A stretch of 42,334 nucleotides of DNA from Puniceicoccales bacterium (lineage in GTDB: Bacteria; Verrucomicrobiota; Verrucomicrobiia; Opitutales; LL51), in NCBI GenBank assembly GCA_031284265.1, contig JAITAG010000068.1:1-42334 (forward strand). Reading direction: 5' to 3'. Shown here piece after piece: positions 15,001-21,278 of the stretch. Below the pieces are notes generated by a model. The model saw nothing but the letters and a program-made list of their open reading frames with translations. It was not told the origin of the DNA and made no database searches. Each line of letters begins with the position of its first letter. Positions within the stretch are counted from its first letter, which is position 1. A program made the translations under genes and the position numbers.

Positions 15001-17450
15001 TCATTATAAATAATGGGCTCATAGTGATCTTTCAAAATCTTGGCATAGGTATATTCTAAAAATTTTTCCGTTTCCGTATTGATTGCTGAAATTGAAAAAC
15101 CGTTAATGGTTACAATTTTTTCTCCTAAAATGATAGATCGTAAACTTTGTAATTGGGCCTCGACCTTATCCTTCGTTGCCAATACCAGTGTTTCCTCGGA
15201 AATTTGTTTTTCAATGGCAGTAACCAGGGAAGAATCTTGTGGCGACGTGTCTTCGGACAAATGTAATATTTCCTGAATAATTTTTCCCGCATTGGCGCGT
15301 ACGGCAGTATCCTTAATAAATGCATACTTTCCCTCCAATTCCTTTTTCGTCGCGTCGTCAGCTCCTCCCGATAAGAATGATTCCAGTCCCTCATTAATCC
15401 ACGCTTTGATCCGTTCTTGAATGTCATCGAGATTTGAATTTATAAGCGATCCGTCATTCAAGGATGTAATAAAATCTTCACCTATAACAGTGATGCTGTC
15501 GGTGGGTTTACCGAACTTTTCGTCTAGTAAACGGTTTACAATGTACAATTCGAGATCGGGAAGAAAATTCCCCGATAGCGCATAGCGCAGCTTTTCCCGC
15601 TCTCCTTGAGCCGCATTGTCTACCATCGGGAAAATCTTTTTGATTGCATTGCGGATTTTTGAATCTCGAAATTCATTAATTAATACCGTATGTACGGCTT
15701 GCATGAGCGGTTCTCGTACGCGTCGATCGATATATTGTTTAATAGTAAACGTTTCTCCATTTAAATAATCTGTAACATTTTTAAATACACTGTGGCTCTC
15801 AACCACGGGCTTATAATCGATGATCAGGTCATCTACCGTTAATTCCGCGGGCAGATGGTTTTCGTTCTTTAACAAAATTAATTGACTTTTGACATATTTT
15901 AACGCTTTTTGGGATATCTGGAATTGTTCCGTTGACAGTGGATCTCCCGTATCCGTAAGTTTCACATCATCGGAAAATTCCATATTTAAATAGCGATCAA
16001 TCTGATTAATTTGGCATTGTAACTTATATTTACGCGCTTCCCTAAGTACAAGATCACTCACCAATGAAAGAAATAATTTGCGAATTTCGCTGCGAATGGC
16101 ATTTAAAGTATTGGTTTTATCCGTTACATCGAAGTAACCTTTGCTAACAAAATCATCAAAAACTTGACCGGCAAGGGCTTCAATATTATCACTGCCTCCA
16201 CACTTTACCGTTATGCCCCCATCAACGGCGCCTGTGCTGAGATAGGTCTCTATCTTTTGTGAAATTTCGTCCTTAATTTCATCGTCGGAGACGAGATTCT
16301 CCGTACGAGTTTGAAGAGATTTTAATGTCGTCGATAGGCCGATCATCAATAGATCGCGGCACAGGGCATCGGCAACGGTCTCGCTATCTAGACTATTTTG
16401 AATCTTTTTTACGAAAAAATTTCCCAGAATTTTGCGAACGTTATAGGAAATGGTCGCATCACTTAAATCGATCGCGCTAATTTTATCCTTGTAAAGTAAG
16501 GCAGACGTTTTTCCTGCAATGAGGTCTCTGAGATAATACAATGGCGTCGACTCAATACCGTCTCGCTTTTCTATGTCCGTCGCATCGTCATCCAAGCTAA
16601 TTTTATCGTCATTAATATAAATCGATTGTGTAGCCCTGCAATAATCCCTAACCATATAATAGTTCACATAGGCGACAATTTCTGCCCAACTTAATTGGCT
16701 GCCATTGCTCTGGCGGGGTAAATCGGGAGCAAAAACGATTTCTTTTAAAAAATCTTCGGTCGTATTTTTCCAAATGCTATCTTCCCTTTGAAGCGTGGGA
16801 TTCGTTAACCGTTCGCGCAAGGAATGATCAGCACTGAGTAACTGTGTACTAATTTGATAACCCGCATCGCTGAAAAATGTATCGTGGGCAAGAAACGTAA
16901 GCCATTCGACATTTTCTCGAGTCAAATTTCTTTGCTCAGACGCAGGATTATCCCAAATAAAATGTTCCGGATTGGGTGCTGCCGGCTTTGAGGTTTTAAA
17001 TTCCAACTCGCTGAGCCCGGGCCCATCCTTTGCGGTTAATGCTTCGTCAACGGGATGCAATATGAAGGAAGGTAACGCATCTATATTCCTTATATAATTC
17101 CGATCGATGGCACTCTCCCTTGGCCTAGGCAGCCCTTCGATAACCGGTTCCGTAAATTTCGGAAATAGGTCATTTACGATTCCTTTTGTCGTCTGCGGTG
17201 GAGAAAATTGCGGCAGATCCGAAATGCCCTTACTGAAAGCCGAAGGAACGTTTCCAGGATTTTCAATATGGTCAGGTTTTGCCAAAGGCATACCGGTATC
17301 TTCTCCGATATTCATCTCAATCTCATAGAACGAAAATGTTTTATCCGGGTTAAATGGATTGTTGCGAGGATCTGCTGGGTCCAGCAAATCTGGAGCCATC
17401 GCCCCCAATGTTCCTTCCATGTATTCTTTTGGATCAACTCTTATTCCCAT
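1..17450 (-). CDS. Giant protein: N-terminal 5,816 codons in window, C-terminus beyond the left edge; no family recognised
   Basis: ATG at 17450-17448 follows GGAGG with an 8-nt spacer. I hand-translated about 800 codons from the start and about 33 codons at the left edge. I also spot-checked the frame near 2.5, 3.3, 5.2-5.9, 7.5 and 10.0 kb and found no stop. If this frame held a stop, the track would list a minus-strand ORF starting at 17450, and it does not. No other track ORF across these 17.4 kb exceeds 204 aa. Confidence 0.9.
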   Translation of the reverse strand, partial: MGIRVDPKEYMEGTLGAMAPDLLDPADPRNNPFNPDKTFSFYEIEMNIGEDTGMPLAKPDHIENPGNVPSAFSKGISDLPQFSPPQTTKGIVNDLFPKFTEPVIEGLPRPRESAIDRNYIRNIDALPSFILHPVDEALTAKDGPGLSELEFKTSKPAAPNPEHFIWDNPASEQRNLTRENVEWLTFLAHDTFFSDAGYQISTQLLSADHSLRERLTNPTLQREDSIWKNTTEDFLKEIVFAPDLPRQSNGSQLSWAEIVAYVNYYMVRDYCRATQSIYINDDKISLDDDATDIEKRDGIESTPLYYLRDLIAGKTSALLYKDKISAIDLSDATISYNVRKILGNFFVKKIQNSLDSETVADALCRDLLMIGLSTTLKSLQTRTENLVSDDEIKDEISQKIETYLSTGAVDGGITVKCGGSDNIEALAGQVFDDFVSKGYFDVTDKTNTLNAIRSEIRKLFLSLVSDLVLREARKYKLQCQINQIDRYLNMEFSDDVKLTDTGDPLSTEQFQISQKALKYVKSQLILLKNENHLPAELTVDDLIIDYKPVVESHSVFKNVTDYLNGETFTIKQYIDRRVREPLMQAVHTVLINEFRDSKIRNAIKKIFPMVDNAAQGEREKLRYALSGNFLPDLELYIVNRLLDEKFGKPTDSITVIGEDFITSLNDGSLINSNLDDIQERIKAWINEGLESFLSGGADDATKKELEGKYAFIKDTAVRANAGKIIQEILHLSEDTSPQDSSLVTAIEKQISEETLVLATKDKVEAQLQSLRSIILGEKIVTINGFSISAINTETEKFLEYTYAKILKDHYEPIIYNDFVKFTKLLGGWFGTAKARNSKDVGTLLMEKIEELRTNYGVYYDAIQSFQFHGEAYVFEDGTSHRHPKLDNQYDLFSVFFKADRSALNISGLLIDYIHVYEKYGAKCYKDQGKYDISDYSVELTNLLEKYNDLANGNDIFAEAILQGIRSEQIVLKRELEIIDLLLEYIKANNFRKELNTYLLDETITGWRSDAVKRQVLVNKIYSMAIDHGIMRTMENGLYGSGTVDASVTSLDGEKEYNEEAEAYLYAKGIVEYVDTGYDPSQDINIPVAEILNAIEAYRTSGLYDNGELLSQFKQLLVSCEHIPYTDGTSLFSQLTKYISSNSIDFSLLTLFANVYPLIKSDTYIPKGVEDLASSISDSAKTDIQNQMKSVYRLVNQSDDESIKSLNGIFKNFIDPRESDRYTTLYNDLNGLASATKTFEDGGGYAYTVNKFVDAYNVVSAGLKGLVNPSNNLITTLKNADSSTADDVFTQIKNALDIIRADIDAINIDATCTGNITNEANLRNAIEDLLTILDHIEVAFFLEKAQKKYSDWYVNREGGNSSYERLKAEFASLRPSLGIILNGLIKFLEDSGAVYSLISSFESNLLPLKGNCDEATLKAILPSWEADGENSLKIIFTQADYNPETKFETYGTKFSALNETMANLVNMGSVSEAGALKDNINTLQPIELLSSDFDSTTQNTVEKDYYVYLFNKIASAYNEAVALLKGTTVGIYINIFKLDSINATDAITSFQDMHSALSGLEEKFKTEYMASIQNGVQIGDDPANKLTDLAASHGQVILQQLLQILQQNKQMTLSNLLTKLYPSWKSQFIPLNDLRTALRSFVDREELGNVEDRKFTLTKADALSLLDAIDRTAYDVSFSSVLYTSTPENGTLKGIVGGAVKTENPSQEGLVPENGPYFTDVQNLPRELKFESLYDAIGTIAATGLNPAETVSSVAEIAHRNLEQVDEAYDRSRWLMSQFVLAHNKIVSDFGLENNPNLNGLDGYKTAFTNLSKSSTDVNKADLINSYNDSLNNLNLHNQINEICLSINTAQTTIQGLTTNEGDNLLDSNGTPNWANLSMDDVSTTITLNDQLFRIKKFKDNANSTEFYVVKNTIGANTFETFLTSNDVGKLQSLITAELELYQSFNNQVVLNIVDQLGSYNGNDYAASDFLTENIIDTTGNIFTTEFNNQVSKLVGQDNLSLLAIYGGVYAYGIQSKIEAASATFKGLLDAENFWQLAEDYVFNAIEVDVETKTVGELEYSEETQTAVKENYIEGLKSNIYKTLTRKKNDSDTQTELDTILTNLCSAIATSNNNDQATQINKLNRLFTELLKKISEATFDGSDVSVLLQTKDTGLPDDITITITNEDQAELGIYANQILANFRYQVVDELRRAFANNELNELKSTVDQLGKLKELLCSIIATVDLESESSSIYLFGNNDGDNDKNTTNSYVFYDENETEETDPGMTDLLIQHLTEEIDSLQTQNADMATHPASTYFLQKAEFDYDTWVAIGDDTDIIGAVNLFVEKFASVTYGANGIITSFGADIIDWDGFWAQNADGNDLKTVISSAYSGFDDNGQKAFQYSFLKALDGITNKDHFSSNNKNQLKYILANFDLYCLEIEDNTIEEKFGFLKQIDNSESRSDTPFGTALDSESGEFHPEEAHYVWNNDAINEIRNEIVKYPGSGTVNPPVYVSTTENLMDSYDERYANAYWKYVVNTYAYNLFIDNNSTMEAMRETLESLTQSLKTNGYSTEDMTQKGLFQDLKTQYDAFLMTFSWNGNSSLSADDLRVLGVSDDWIGILQNRSVSDEEKNASVDYVNNLILPNIREQLRYIIVSALATPDDDEKLAFETIRNALNDGNIKDGIFPEYHEIFTLLGIFDGTIEIATSQSLPTILSSVATTIDGYQLDLRDVFNATTQSALTAALNSFTNYNLAETKTTVDNALTSNEPADGTPRTLQQRIVGDRLENIQAILSNFESLKNHVKLCTDESYLDYQDRVADNNEIGESEWNQTIAGILAEIRKESSPSLETLKTFSTRLNNALGRNVTTDDNPTDPEVIAAMEDILNCSAEIEKLLLLSVLLSESKEIVQKFLCGEEASSESEEAPYSGISAFDDKTSALTFNEVLTLAQNADSTGISSTALLGNRIQKVADLIDSTHVGTSLKGIFTEASQEIQYVYNLSEISKALLGSGSQQNEFLNALNDFSNEIFSNPSSWDDITTQTIENLALTDINKNNENHSLSILVEAYNEAVSFFQSDALIKADVLTAIQPKITDFITAYDATNPSAYATQKEALQTSLASAEGLLTIFKTVFNSSGLDQAPAYREVLSIIHCQLRLKIDEEIQKLKNSYSCVEKSDPSDPLNTSYYVDVTPITWDESQITAHNAYINHLIEHLYRFEAMTYLGIFSKFNQNAVTREEMAMFRFVFGHWEELETADEELCEKYLSTAEVNALKILLHKAYIAQNTASEATLGDIFQSIYPKNTINDIDLSNIKGSINTNLKNEKFEVFSGIFNNYRQKVEQCIYSLYTEFQKYIRNGATPQITTISKISLDKLLHDLQDSAELCVLIKGMESFVEAINGKISALNTYLTLFVAEPTQEKLDDINTAFGEIINAINGKISSASYGCFQNCLNEIKVAFEQAQPQYYLLLLEKLYPNLATNETQRLNLKEAFSGAFPNDSYDTADQTVKDVINNIKGQIAVLFSNFGQDESLQKYYEAHRGSTFGQALTPNVNKLNSNVVQNANANFQQLTYIKSKFKELHRLLWYVLKPPTNTTAEQAIKALQELAGTTPIDSTATGSDAEDAKTKYDQLTGIYNAIREKLGTAGSDSFAQALNALIAGDYVSIADYKDTNICEKIKAIIDAIKQFQNDTITDMFKAFNAACFMVFLQKKYPYWNSDETQLTEAKEAYSDICEDILGNGETSYYTCGDTANVQTLLEKIKPYQGDLKIVDSRPHYFTSDSSSNCMQAHRVDGVGWLYREPAEKEGYIQYDVQQNKQYILSNGQYFELVEQEVAFVQLSPEQHVRILTPHILYEQSGGGYRLTADKVTQPVSENAVNYYVLGEDGTYYNIKRYHLKYKVYDGDNIKYIDLHSNDTFCYRATLRGYAEVASKDFPDLKGPLANDRDYFIIGDEGQYYKVDDVYTKYYYKEAELSDSESDNTSNTKEPIANGTYYKIVGETTDGCVLENGETVSIYSETLERNNTGVLFTQDNNGNYYLDNGFYYKIQTIGGELYIKRADGTNKKITASNGERYKISGYDSTKFDGSGTNENEAVKVGTQYYSLKKYKIVYNNGSSILPLEGNLSSLSGKTLYVLPGDISLSRLEASNIVSKGGVSMGTSLDIYRSSLTPFYRSTQNEKKFFGMKLYQWGVGEKYIARDDPYLVIPVTYERYVRNSENPEGFTAESKDVYIFSEVLNQYVLVGNTDAYYFTQGEKEYRVEFPDRRYVRQAVENSDQYLYVPHPESKYTEQSGSTAIDGDCIYANGKFLPIKQDDPGNGEPKINRTQKFQVKVNPDIDTNNDYVQASDGGYYPLKDVKIKTINGREFTYSTAIFYKAAETPSPLSIASWQPYALEEETYNNLFTKNTNQGELIRASEEGSTETCFVIPVKSVAGSYVHGENGRYYDVNNGSSRELYVDYDLVSDEGNWFVLQEDTLVQVDRKFYAKYSETDYKEIKTVGANETIKAGTKSLLPGNRYIEVSGNIIQIKDGEREYVKKSDNTYVPLKDNTGKVMVKKKVNVSGGMEGLNGILVANASDKKVVTEVKDKDLYIAKDMQVEGANGQLYNLNGMTVNGSESGSGPALDTHGLSNIFVKKSGTKFVRVSQPTEQYTVNENASGNFVKIGSKYYDRRRDDITLKVKYENEEGQMSYRTLNGNDTNIPIYLSIGDSKVQVKPTEGSNVSGSGLFEQYNVQANGSPTYTALSRQQSKAVRFGTQYYNLKDFQLVVKRNGKLSKFIGNLDELKSSNGVYMVPYLVPEKADLETYDAAKAIKVDRYYVPTKDEFSLNMDQYLPKMREYADRKNENLEEKDKINVDNLVGNFRQNGDYTECSKLLDDTLKDIYNSGNGKFEIYTITKTANTGYANSQTVNCYLKGTDNAFYGAKNLKVAIDGAYNDFLGFVYSEKASTAITSLSEDIFKNYEFIYSQDTTATDVVLFIKGDDGQYYAMKIGSDPQLYIGQGTTAIRGNYLFKVDDVSIPHPTQFIYVTENNLGDRIKIVNEYVKKSEISVNDPNAGIHSFFVNAYGKDVAVNDLVTLYKEANTGDTGTLCYQIDTDPGSASPVVYFGQEKKVTIDGTSGSYAPDPEGGVVRAETTGYYEWNAVKNDPNFIRLRDVYYVKRDPNEEVYFVSSLAMDTLYIYGTKYDFCTLDNVGDGLYYKYEGDFSTARDDQYCNSAAIQLRGTDGKLYKKDDLFQKGTQLEYVPVKDLAMIVDGSDEAIITDVYVKSFAQTLERVETLINNIDSDNSRALYGELGGKIREHLDAINGNLDTYSKAIAVYDQKGELGAVALQNHPEYRSDGSGALVDVFDEYTKRVIISTDEKWLNYYRGIRDEVEAYKVSSEEQNIFVQRLTSINNVLFNHFGNIVSHEEFWGGDLSLAVGKLVRQIEPTITPKLGTNPSATDRENFNTKLYETCYTRFEEMVTNLETLRLSWDLEDKAKEAEAQGVESVISPEMNTLKERLGETIKKLKEFTADKIKVIEAQVELYGKIMLLEYVYNNYGKIGNEIVFLNDTVQFQRTPGKIAVQFVKLSTGEHALRLCDYVRSNGADPLLGHEFLFRYNNTKGEIEKCVLDLASAYGSYTNNKWTTKDNSVIKAYSASSPYLFTVGSGEGGTSIECKWGKARSTVDASEWGVDGILFKDVIRHNALQTLFRYKEDGATTSTEGYIYTLAKAKLPKNDLMMDYVEQVTKNMEVPIYMARDRLCFFEMANYKTPAMIGMIQEKTQKLADEPASPFDPLNSMQVEFLNTTGLNEMDLHAATAITNVPESVILKLAPASTDDPNGWPQVNGSDSNQVQAGSLVSFLRD

Positions 17451-17458
17451 TTTTTCAT

Positions 17459-17463
17459 CCTCC
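17459..17463 (-). promoter_or_regulatory. Shine-Dalgarno (GGAGG) of the giant ORF
   Basis: Plus-strand cctcc is GGAGG on the minus strand, 8 nt upstream of the ATG at 17450. Confidence 0.6.
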
Positions 17464-17529
17464 TATTTTTTGTTTTTTATAAATTATGTCTTTATTTTCT
17501 TACTTTATTTACGATTAAAAATTTTTCAC

Positions 17530-18768
17530 CTACAATTGGAAACGGTGAGGGCCCACCTGACGCCGATAGGCTACGAGTGTCTTCGATTTATTTTCACCAC
17601 TATGGGTATCATCTATCTCCGACGATACTTGTCCAGAAAACGGTAATCCGGGTAAGGTCATTCCCTCAAATCGATTGATCTCTAGCCGTTCCATTTGTTG
17701 CTCGTCCCGATCCATAGGTTCCGTTATCACGGACGACTTTTCTTTATTCTCGAGCTGTATCCTCGATTTTAGCGCCGAAATCACCATACCGTTCGCTCGA
17801 GTAGTAGGTACCTTTCGAAGAACCTTCTGTATCACTTCATCGACGGCCACCACCGGTGATAACACTTCATCTCCAATATGGGAATCGGATAGCCGATCGG
17901 TTTCACCGCGCGAACGGGAACGCATTTTTTCGATATCATTTGCAATGAGTTCCACCGCCCTTACCTTTAAATCTCCGGAAGATTGCTCCGGCACACCTTC
18001 TGTTTGTGTCTGTAAACCATCGGAAATCCCACCATCATCGGTAGAATTTTGTGGTAACAAATGCGTACCGGTGATAATCTGTGGACCTTTTGTGGAAACT
18101 ACGACTTCTAACTGTTCCGAATAATGGCGATCAAAATCGGCATCAATGGAGCGTTTTTCCTGGAGATCGGGTAACACAAGGGTCGATGTAAACTCTGCCA
18201 AAGGTTCATATTTGGGCACGTAAGGCAAAATCGGCAAAGCCATCGCTTTTTTCTGTTCATGGGTAGCATTTTTCACTTCCTCCAATGCCGCCGATAGACG
18301 CTCCTGAATGGCTGCAATTTGTTCCTGCGCATTCCGATCAAAAATCTCGTCCACATGAATGGCTTCAATTTTTTCCGTCTTTGTCTGTTTTAGTAATTTT
18401 TTAAGAATTTTTTCCGTTTCGGCAGATTTTTCGAACGGCAGTGGATCCCAGCCATTGCGCGGAGCTCCGAATTCCAATTCCAACTCCATGCGTTCCCGGG
18501 CGACACCGGCAATAACCTCATCCAGATTTTGTTGTATAATAGGCATTTTAAACAACTCTTCCTGTGCTTCGGACGTCAGACCAAAATGCGCAAAGAATTG
18601 TTCCACTTCTTCGATTGTCTTTTTCACTTTTTGCTCCAACTCCTCCGGCGCCATGGAAGGTACTTCCACGGCTTCTTCCTGTTCATCCAATAGGGATAGG
18701 GAACCGCCCATTTCTTTCAGGAATCTTTCGGTCTGCATTTGAACAAATTTTTCATGTAATGTTTTCAT
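17530..18768 (-). CDS. Hypothetical acidic protein (412 aa) between sctV and the giant ORF
   Basis: Long ORF whose ATG lies 12 nt after the sctV stop. It is Glu/Gln-rich and helical-looking at the N-terminus, and Ser/Asp/Gly-rich in the C-terminal half. I recognise no motif. Confidence 0.75.
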   Translation of the reverse strand: MKTLHEKFVQMQTERFLKEMGGSLSLLDEQEEAVEVPSMAPEELEQKVKKTIEEVEQFFAHFGLTSEAQEELFKMPIIQQNLDEVIAGVARERMELELEFGAPRNGWDPLPFEKSAETEKILKKLLKQTKTEKIEAIHVDEIFDRNAQEQIAAIQERLSAALEEVKNATHEQKKAMALPILPYVPKYEPLAEFTSTLVLPDLQEKRSIDADFDRHYSEQLEVVVSTKGPQIITGTHLLPQNSTDDGGISDGLQTQTEGVPEQSSGDLKVRAVELIANDIEKMRSRSRGETDRLSDSHIGDEVLSPVVAVDEVIQKVLRKVPTTRANGMVISALKSRIQLENKEKSSVITEPMDRDEQQMERLEINRFEGMTLPGLPFSGQVSSEIDDTHSGENKSKTLVAYRRQVGPHRFQL

Positions 18769-18780
18769 AGTTTTTTATTT

Positions 18781-20883
18781 TTAGGTTACGGCAATTCTAC
18801 CCAGAGGTTGTATGGTAATTTCTTCGGTGAGTTCCTGGTGGGAGAGTACCGGCAATTCGTATAACTCTAACTCAATCAACTTGCGGACGTAGCGGCGAAT
18901 ATCCATGGAAGTGAGCAATACGGGACGGTTAGTTTCCTGTGTAAAATCCCCCACTTCTTCCTTTACAGTGGTGACGATTTTTTTCGCCGTATTCGGTTCC
19001 AATGCCAAATAGCTTCCCGCCGAAGTCTGGCGAATGGATTTGCGAATGACATCCTCCGTACCCGGATCCAATAGATAGACTCCCAAAATATTCTGTCCGC
19101 CACTGTACTTGTAACTGATGTAGCGCTTCAAACTTGTTCGCACATAGTCAGCCAATAGAATGGGCTCCTTTTCTTTCTGTCCCCAGTCGATGAGACATTG
19201 CATAATGAGGCGTAGATTGCGAATGGATACGTCTTCCTGAACCAGTCGCTGTAAAACTTCTCCAATCTTTTGTACGGGCAATACGCGCTGTACTTCTTTG
19301 ACCAATTCCGGGAAATTTTTCTCGAAATTTTCTAGAATAAATCGCGTTTCCTGTAATCCGATGAATTCGGAGGCATATTTTTTTAGAATAAATGAAAGGT
19401 GGTAGGTCAAAATTTGAGGCGATGTCATGTAATTGATACTCGCCTTATCCATTTGTGGGATGAGGCTTTTTGCGACCCATAGCGCTGGAATATTGGGTAA
19501 AAATGCCTTTTCTTCCTGATAAGGGATATTTAGAATGCCTAGACTTTCCTTCGTTTCGCGGACCAGTATGCTTCCTTTTAAAATACGCCCCTGGGAAACC
19601 GGTACCTCCTGTAATAGGATTTGATACATCCCATCCGTTAAATTTTCATTGAAACGCAGATGAATTCCGGGAAATGGTACGCCCAGATCGAAATAGAGTG
19701 CCTTTCGAACTTGGATCAATTGGTCATTGAGGACCATCGGGTCCACGGACTCTTCAATGGAAGTCGCCACATCGAGCAATAGCGGTACCGTAACCGAAAA
19801 CTCGCCTTTCTCCTCCTTAAATGTGGGAGCATTCGGCGCGATATCCGAAGGCAATCCGGTATTTTTGGCAACCTTAGTCACCTCACCTCCGCCCTGTGGT
19901 TTTCCCTCCGTTTGCATCAGCGAGCGACCGGTCAAAAGGATGAGCGTACCGATTACGAGAAAGGGAATCTTTGGAAATCCTGGAATGAGCATAAATCCGA
20001 TACTCATGACCCCCGCAATAACCAATGCCTTGGGCCGCGAGAGTAACTGTTTACCGATATCACTGCCGAGTGGTTTCGCATCACTGGAACTTACCCGAGT
20101 TACGATAACACCGGACGTAATGGAAATGAGTAGGGAGGGCAGTGTGGAAACGAGACCGTCGCCGATGGTGAGAATGGCATAGGTCGTGATCGCCTTATCC
20201 ACTGTCATGCCCTTTTGAAAGACACCGATAACGAGTCCAGCAACGATATTAATGGCGGTCATAATCAATCCGGCAATGGTATCGCCCTTGACGAATTTCA
20301 TCGCCCCATCCATGGCACCGTAGAGCTGGTTTTCCTGTTCCAAATCCGTACGTTTTTGCTTAGCCTGTTCCGTATCAATGCTTCCCGCCCGCAGGTCCGC
20401 ATCGATACTCATTTGCTTACCCGGCATCGCATCCAAAGTAAAACGGGCCGATACTTCCGAAACCCGCTCCGCACCCTTCGTGATGACGACGAATTGCACG
20501 ATGAGTAGAATGCCGAAAATAACCGCGCCGACGACAAAGTTTCCTTGGACGACGAAATCGCCGAAGGTGAAGATAATCTCACCGGCATCGGCCGTTAGCA
20601 AAATCATTCGCGTACTGGTAATATTCAGTGCCAGACGGAATAGTGTTGTAAATAGCAAAATACTGGGAAACGTCGATATGCAAAGTACGCGCGGAATATA
20701 CATTGACAGCATCAATAGGCTGATACTCATCGATAAATTGAGCGCCAATAACAGATCGAATAGAAACGTCGGAATGGGCACAATCATCAGCATGATGACG
20801 GCAACAACGACCAACGCTAAAAAGATATCGTTATATCTCGATACCGTTGCCAATAGGCTATTAAATCTCGTGCTAAAGCTCAT
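18781..20883 (-). CDS. sctV: Type III secretion export-gate protein SctV (LcrD/YscV/CdsV; FlhA superfamily)
   Basis: 700 aa with an N-terminal multi-TM region. Hallmark segments are FRLALNITSTRMIL, SARFTLDAMPGKQMSIDADLRAG and MDGAMKFVKGD. The C-terminus SMDIRRYVRKLIE...PVLSHQELT..IQPLGRI closely matches my recollection of Yersinia LcrD, favouring an injectisome over flagellar FlhA. Confidence 0.92.
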   Translation of the reverse strand: MSFSTRFNSLLATVSRYNDIFLALVVVAVIMLMIVPIPTFLFDLLLALNLSMSISLLMLSMYIPRVLCISTFPSILLFTTLFRLALNITSTRMILLTADAGEIIFTFGDFVVQGNFVVGAVIFGILLIVQFVVITKGAERVSEVSARFTLDAMPGKQMSIDADLRAGSIDTEQAKQKRTDLEQENQLYGAMDGAMKFVKGDTIAGLIMTAINIVAGLVIGVFQKGMTVDKAITTYAILTIGDGLVSTLPSLLISITSGVIVTRVSSSDAKPLGSDIGKQLLSRPKALVIAGVMSIGFMLIPGFPKIPFLVIGTLILLTGRSLMQTEGKPQGGGEVTKVAKNTGLPSDIAPNAPTFKEEKGEFSVTVPLLLDVATSIEESVDPMVLNDQLIQVRKALYFDLGVPFPGIHLRFNENLTDGMYQILLQEVPVSQGRILKGSILVRETKESLGILNIPYQEEKAFLPNIPALWVAKSLIPQMDKASINYMTSPQILTYHLSFILKKYASEFIGLQETRFILENFEKNFPELVKEVQRVLPVQKIGEVLQRLVQEDVSIRNLRLIMQCLIDWGQKEKEPILLADYVRTSLKRYISYKYSGGQNILGVYLLDPGTEDVIRKSIRQTSAGSYLALEPNTAKKIVTTVKEEVGDFTQETNRPVLLTSMDIRRYVRKLIELELYELPVLSHQELTEEITIQPLGRIAVT

Positions 20884-21269
20884 AATACTGCCTTTGTTTT
20901 AGATTTTGGACAAGCGATAGCCAGGCGGAGATCTTGTTCCTGCATGCCTAGAAAGTGGGTATAGGCGGAACGAGCTTCTGCGTCCCGTCCCAAAGCCCAT
21001 AAAACTTTACTCTTCAGGACAAAGAATAATTTATCCAATTCCTTTGATTTGGGGAGTGGTTCTGCCGATTGGAGGGCTTGCAATGCCGTATCGGGCGTAT
21101 TCGACTTCAATGCGGCAAAGGCGAGCGAAAGGTTGACGAGTGAATCCTCTGGAAAATATTCCGCGAGAACAAGCGACAGAGCAAACGCATCGTCGAATTT
21201 ATTATAGCGCAAAAAAAGGTAAATGAGAATTTCTAAAAATTCCTTCTGAGAATCATCCATAACATCCAT
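20880..21269 (-). CDS. Small helical-repeat (TPR-like) protein; positional analogue of the T3SS chaperone SctY/YscY
   Basis: 129-aa ORF whose stop overlaps the sctV start (ATGA). It has Ala/Leu-rich helix-pair patterning. In Ysc/Psc loci a TPR protein of about 115 aa (YscY/Pcr4) sits directly upstream of the sctV homologue. The assignment rests on position and composition only. Confidence 0.4.
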   Translation of the reverse strand: MDVMDDSQKEFLEILIYLFLRYNKFDDAFALSLVLAEYFPEDSLVNLSLAFAALKSNTPDTALQALQSAEPLPKSKELDKLFFVLKSKVLWALGRDAEARSAYTHFLGMQEQDLRLAIACPKSKTKAVL

Positions 21270-21278
21270 CCGATTCTC

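Noticed and set aside
76-15427. Short track ORFs inside the giant gene (for example 4224-4838 +, 9756-10109 +, 5222-5458 -, 15125-15427 -)
   Set aside because: All are out of frame or antisense to the giant ORF. They have Cys/Phe/Ile-rich low-complexity translations typical of AT-rich off-frames, and most begin at non-ATG starts.
1-17450. A 17-kb stretch with no long ORF in the supplied track, suggesting non-coding DNA, a decayed pseudogene or an alternative genetic code
   Set aside because: One minus-strand frame (codon first bases at positions congruent to 2 mod 3) is open from 17450 to the window edge in every stretch I checked. The ORF is absent from the track only because it has no stop inside the window. 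The standard code suffices.
17530-18768. The 412-aa protein as the gatekeeper SctW (CopN/YopN-TyeA), given that copN follows cdsV in Chlamydia
   Set aside because: The length is similar, but I could not recognise any YopN/HrpJ/TyeA-like segment. Its helical part is N-terminal and the disordered part C-terminal, the reverse of CopN. It is left as hypothetical.
17107-18770. Plus-strand ORFs 17107-17328, 17208-17678, 17359-17646, 17675-18124, 18359-18742 and 18564-18770
   Set aside because: They are antisense to the giant-ORF start and to the 412-aa gene, Ser/Cys/Phe-rich, and lack ribosome-binding sites.
19470-20902. Plus-strand ORFs of up to 174 aa overlapping sctV
   Set aside because: They are antisense shadows of a strongly supported, highly conserved gene.
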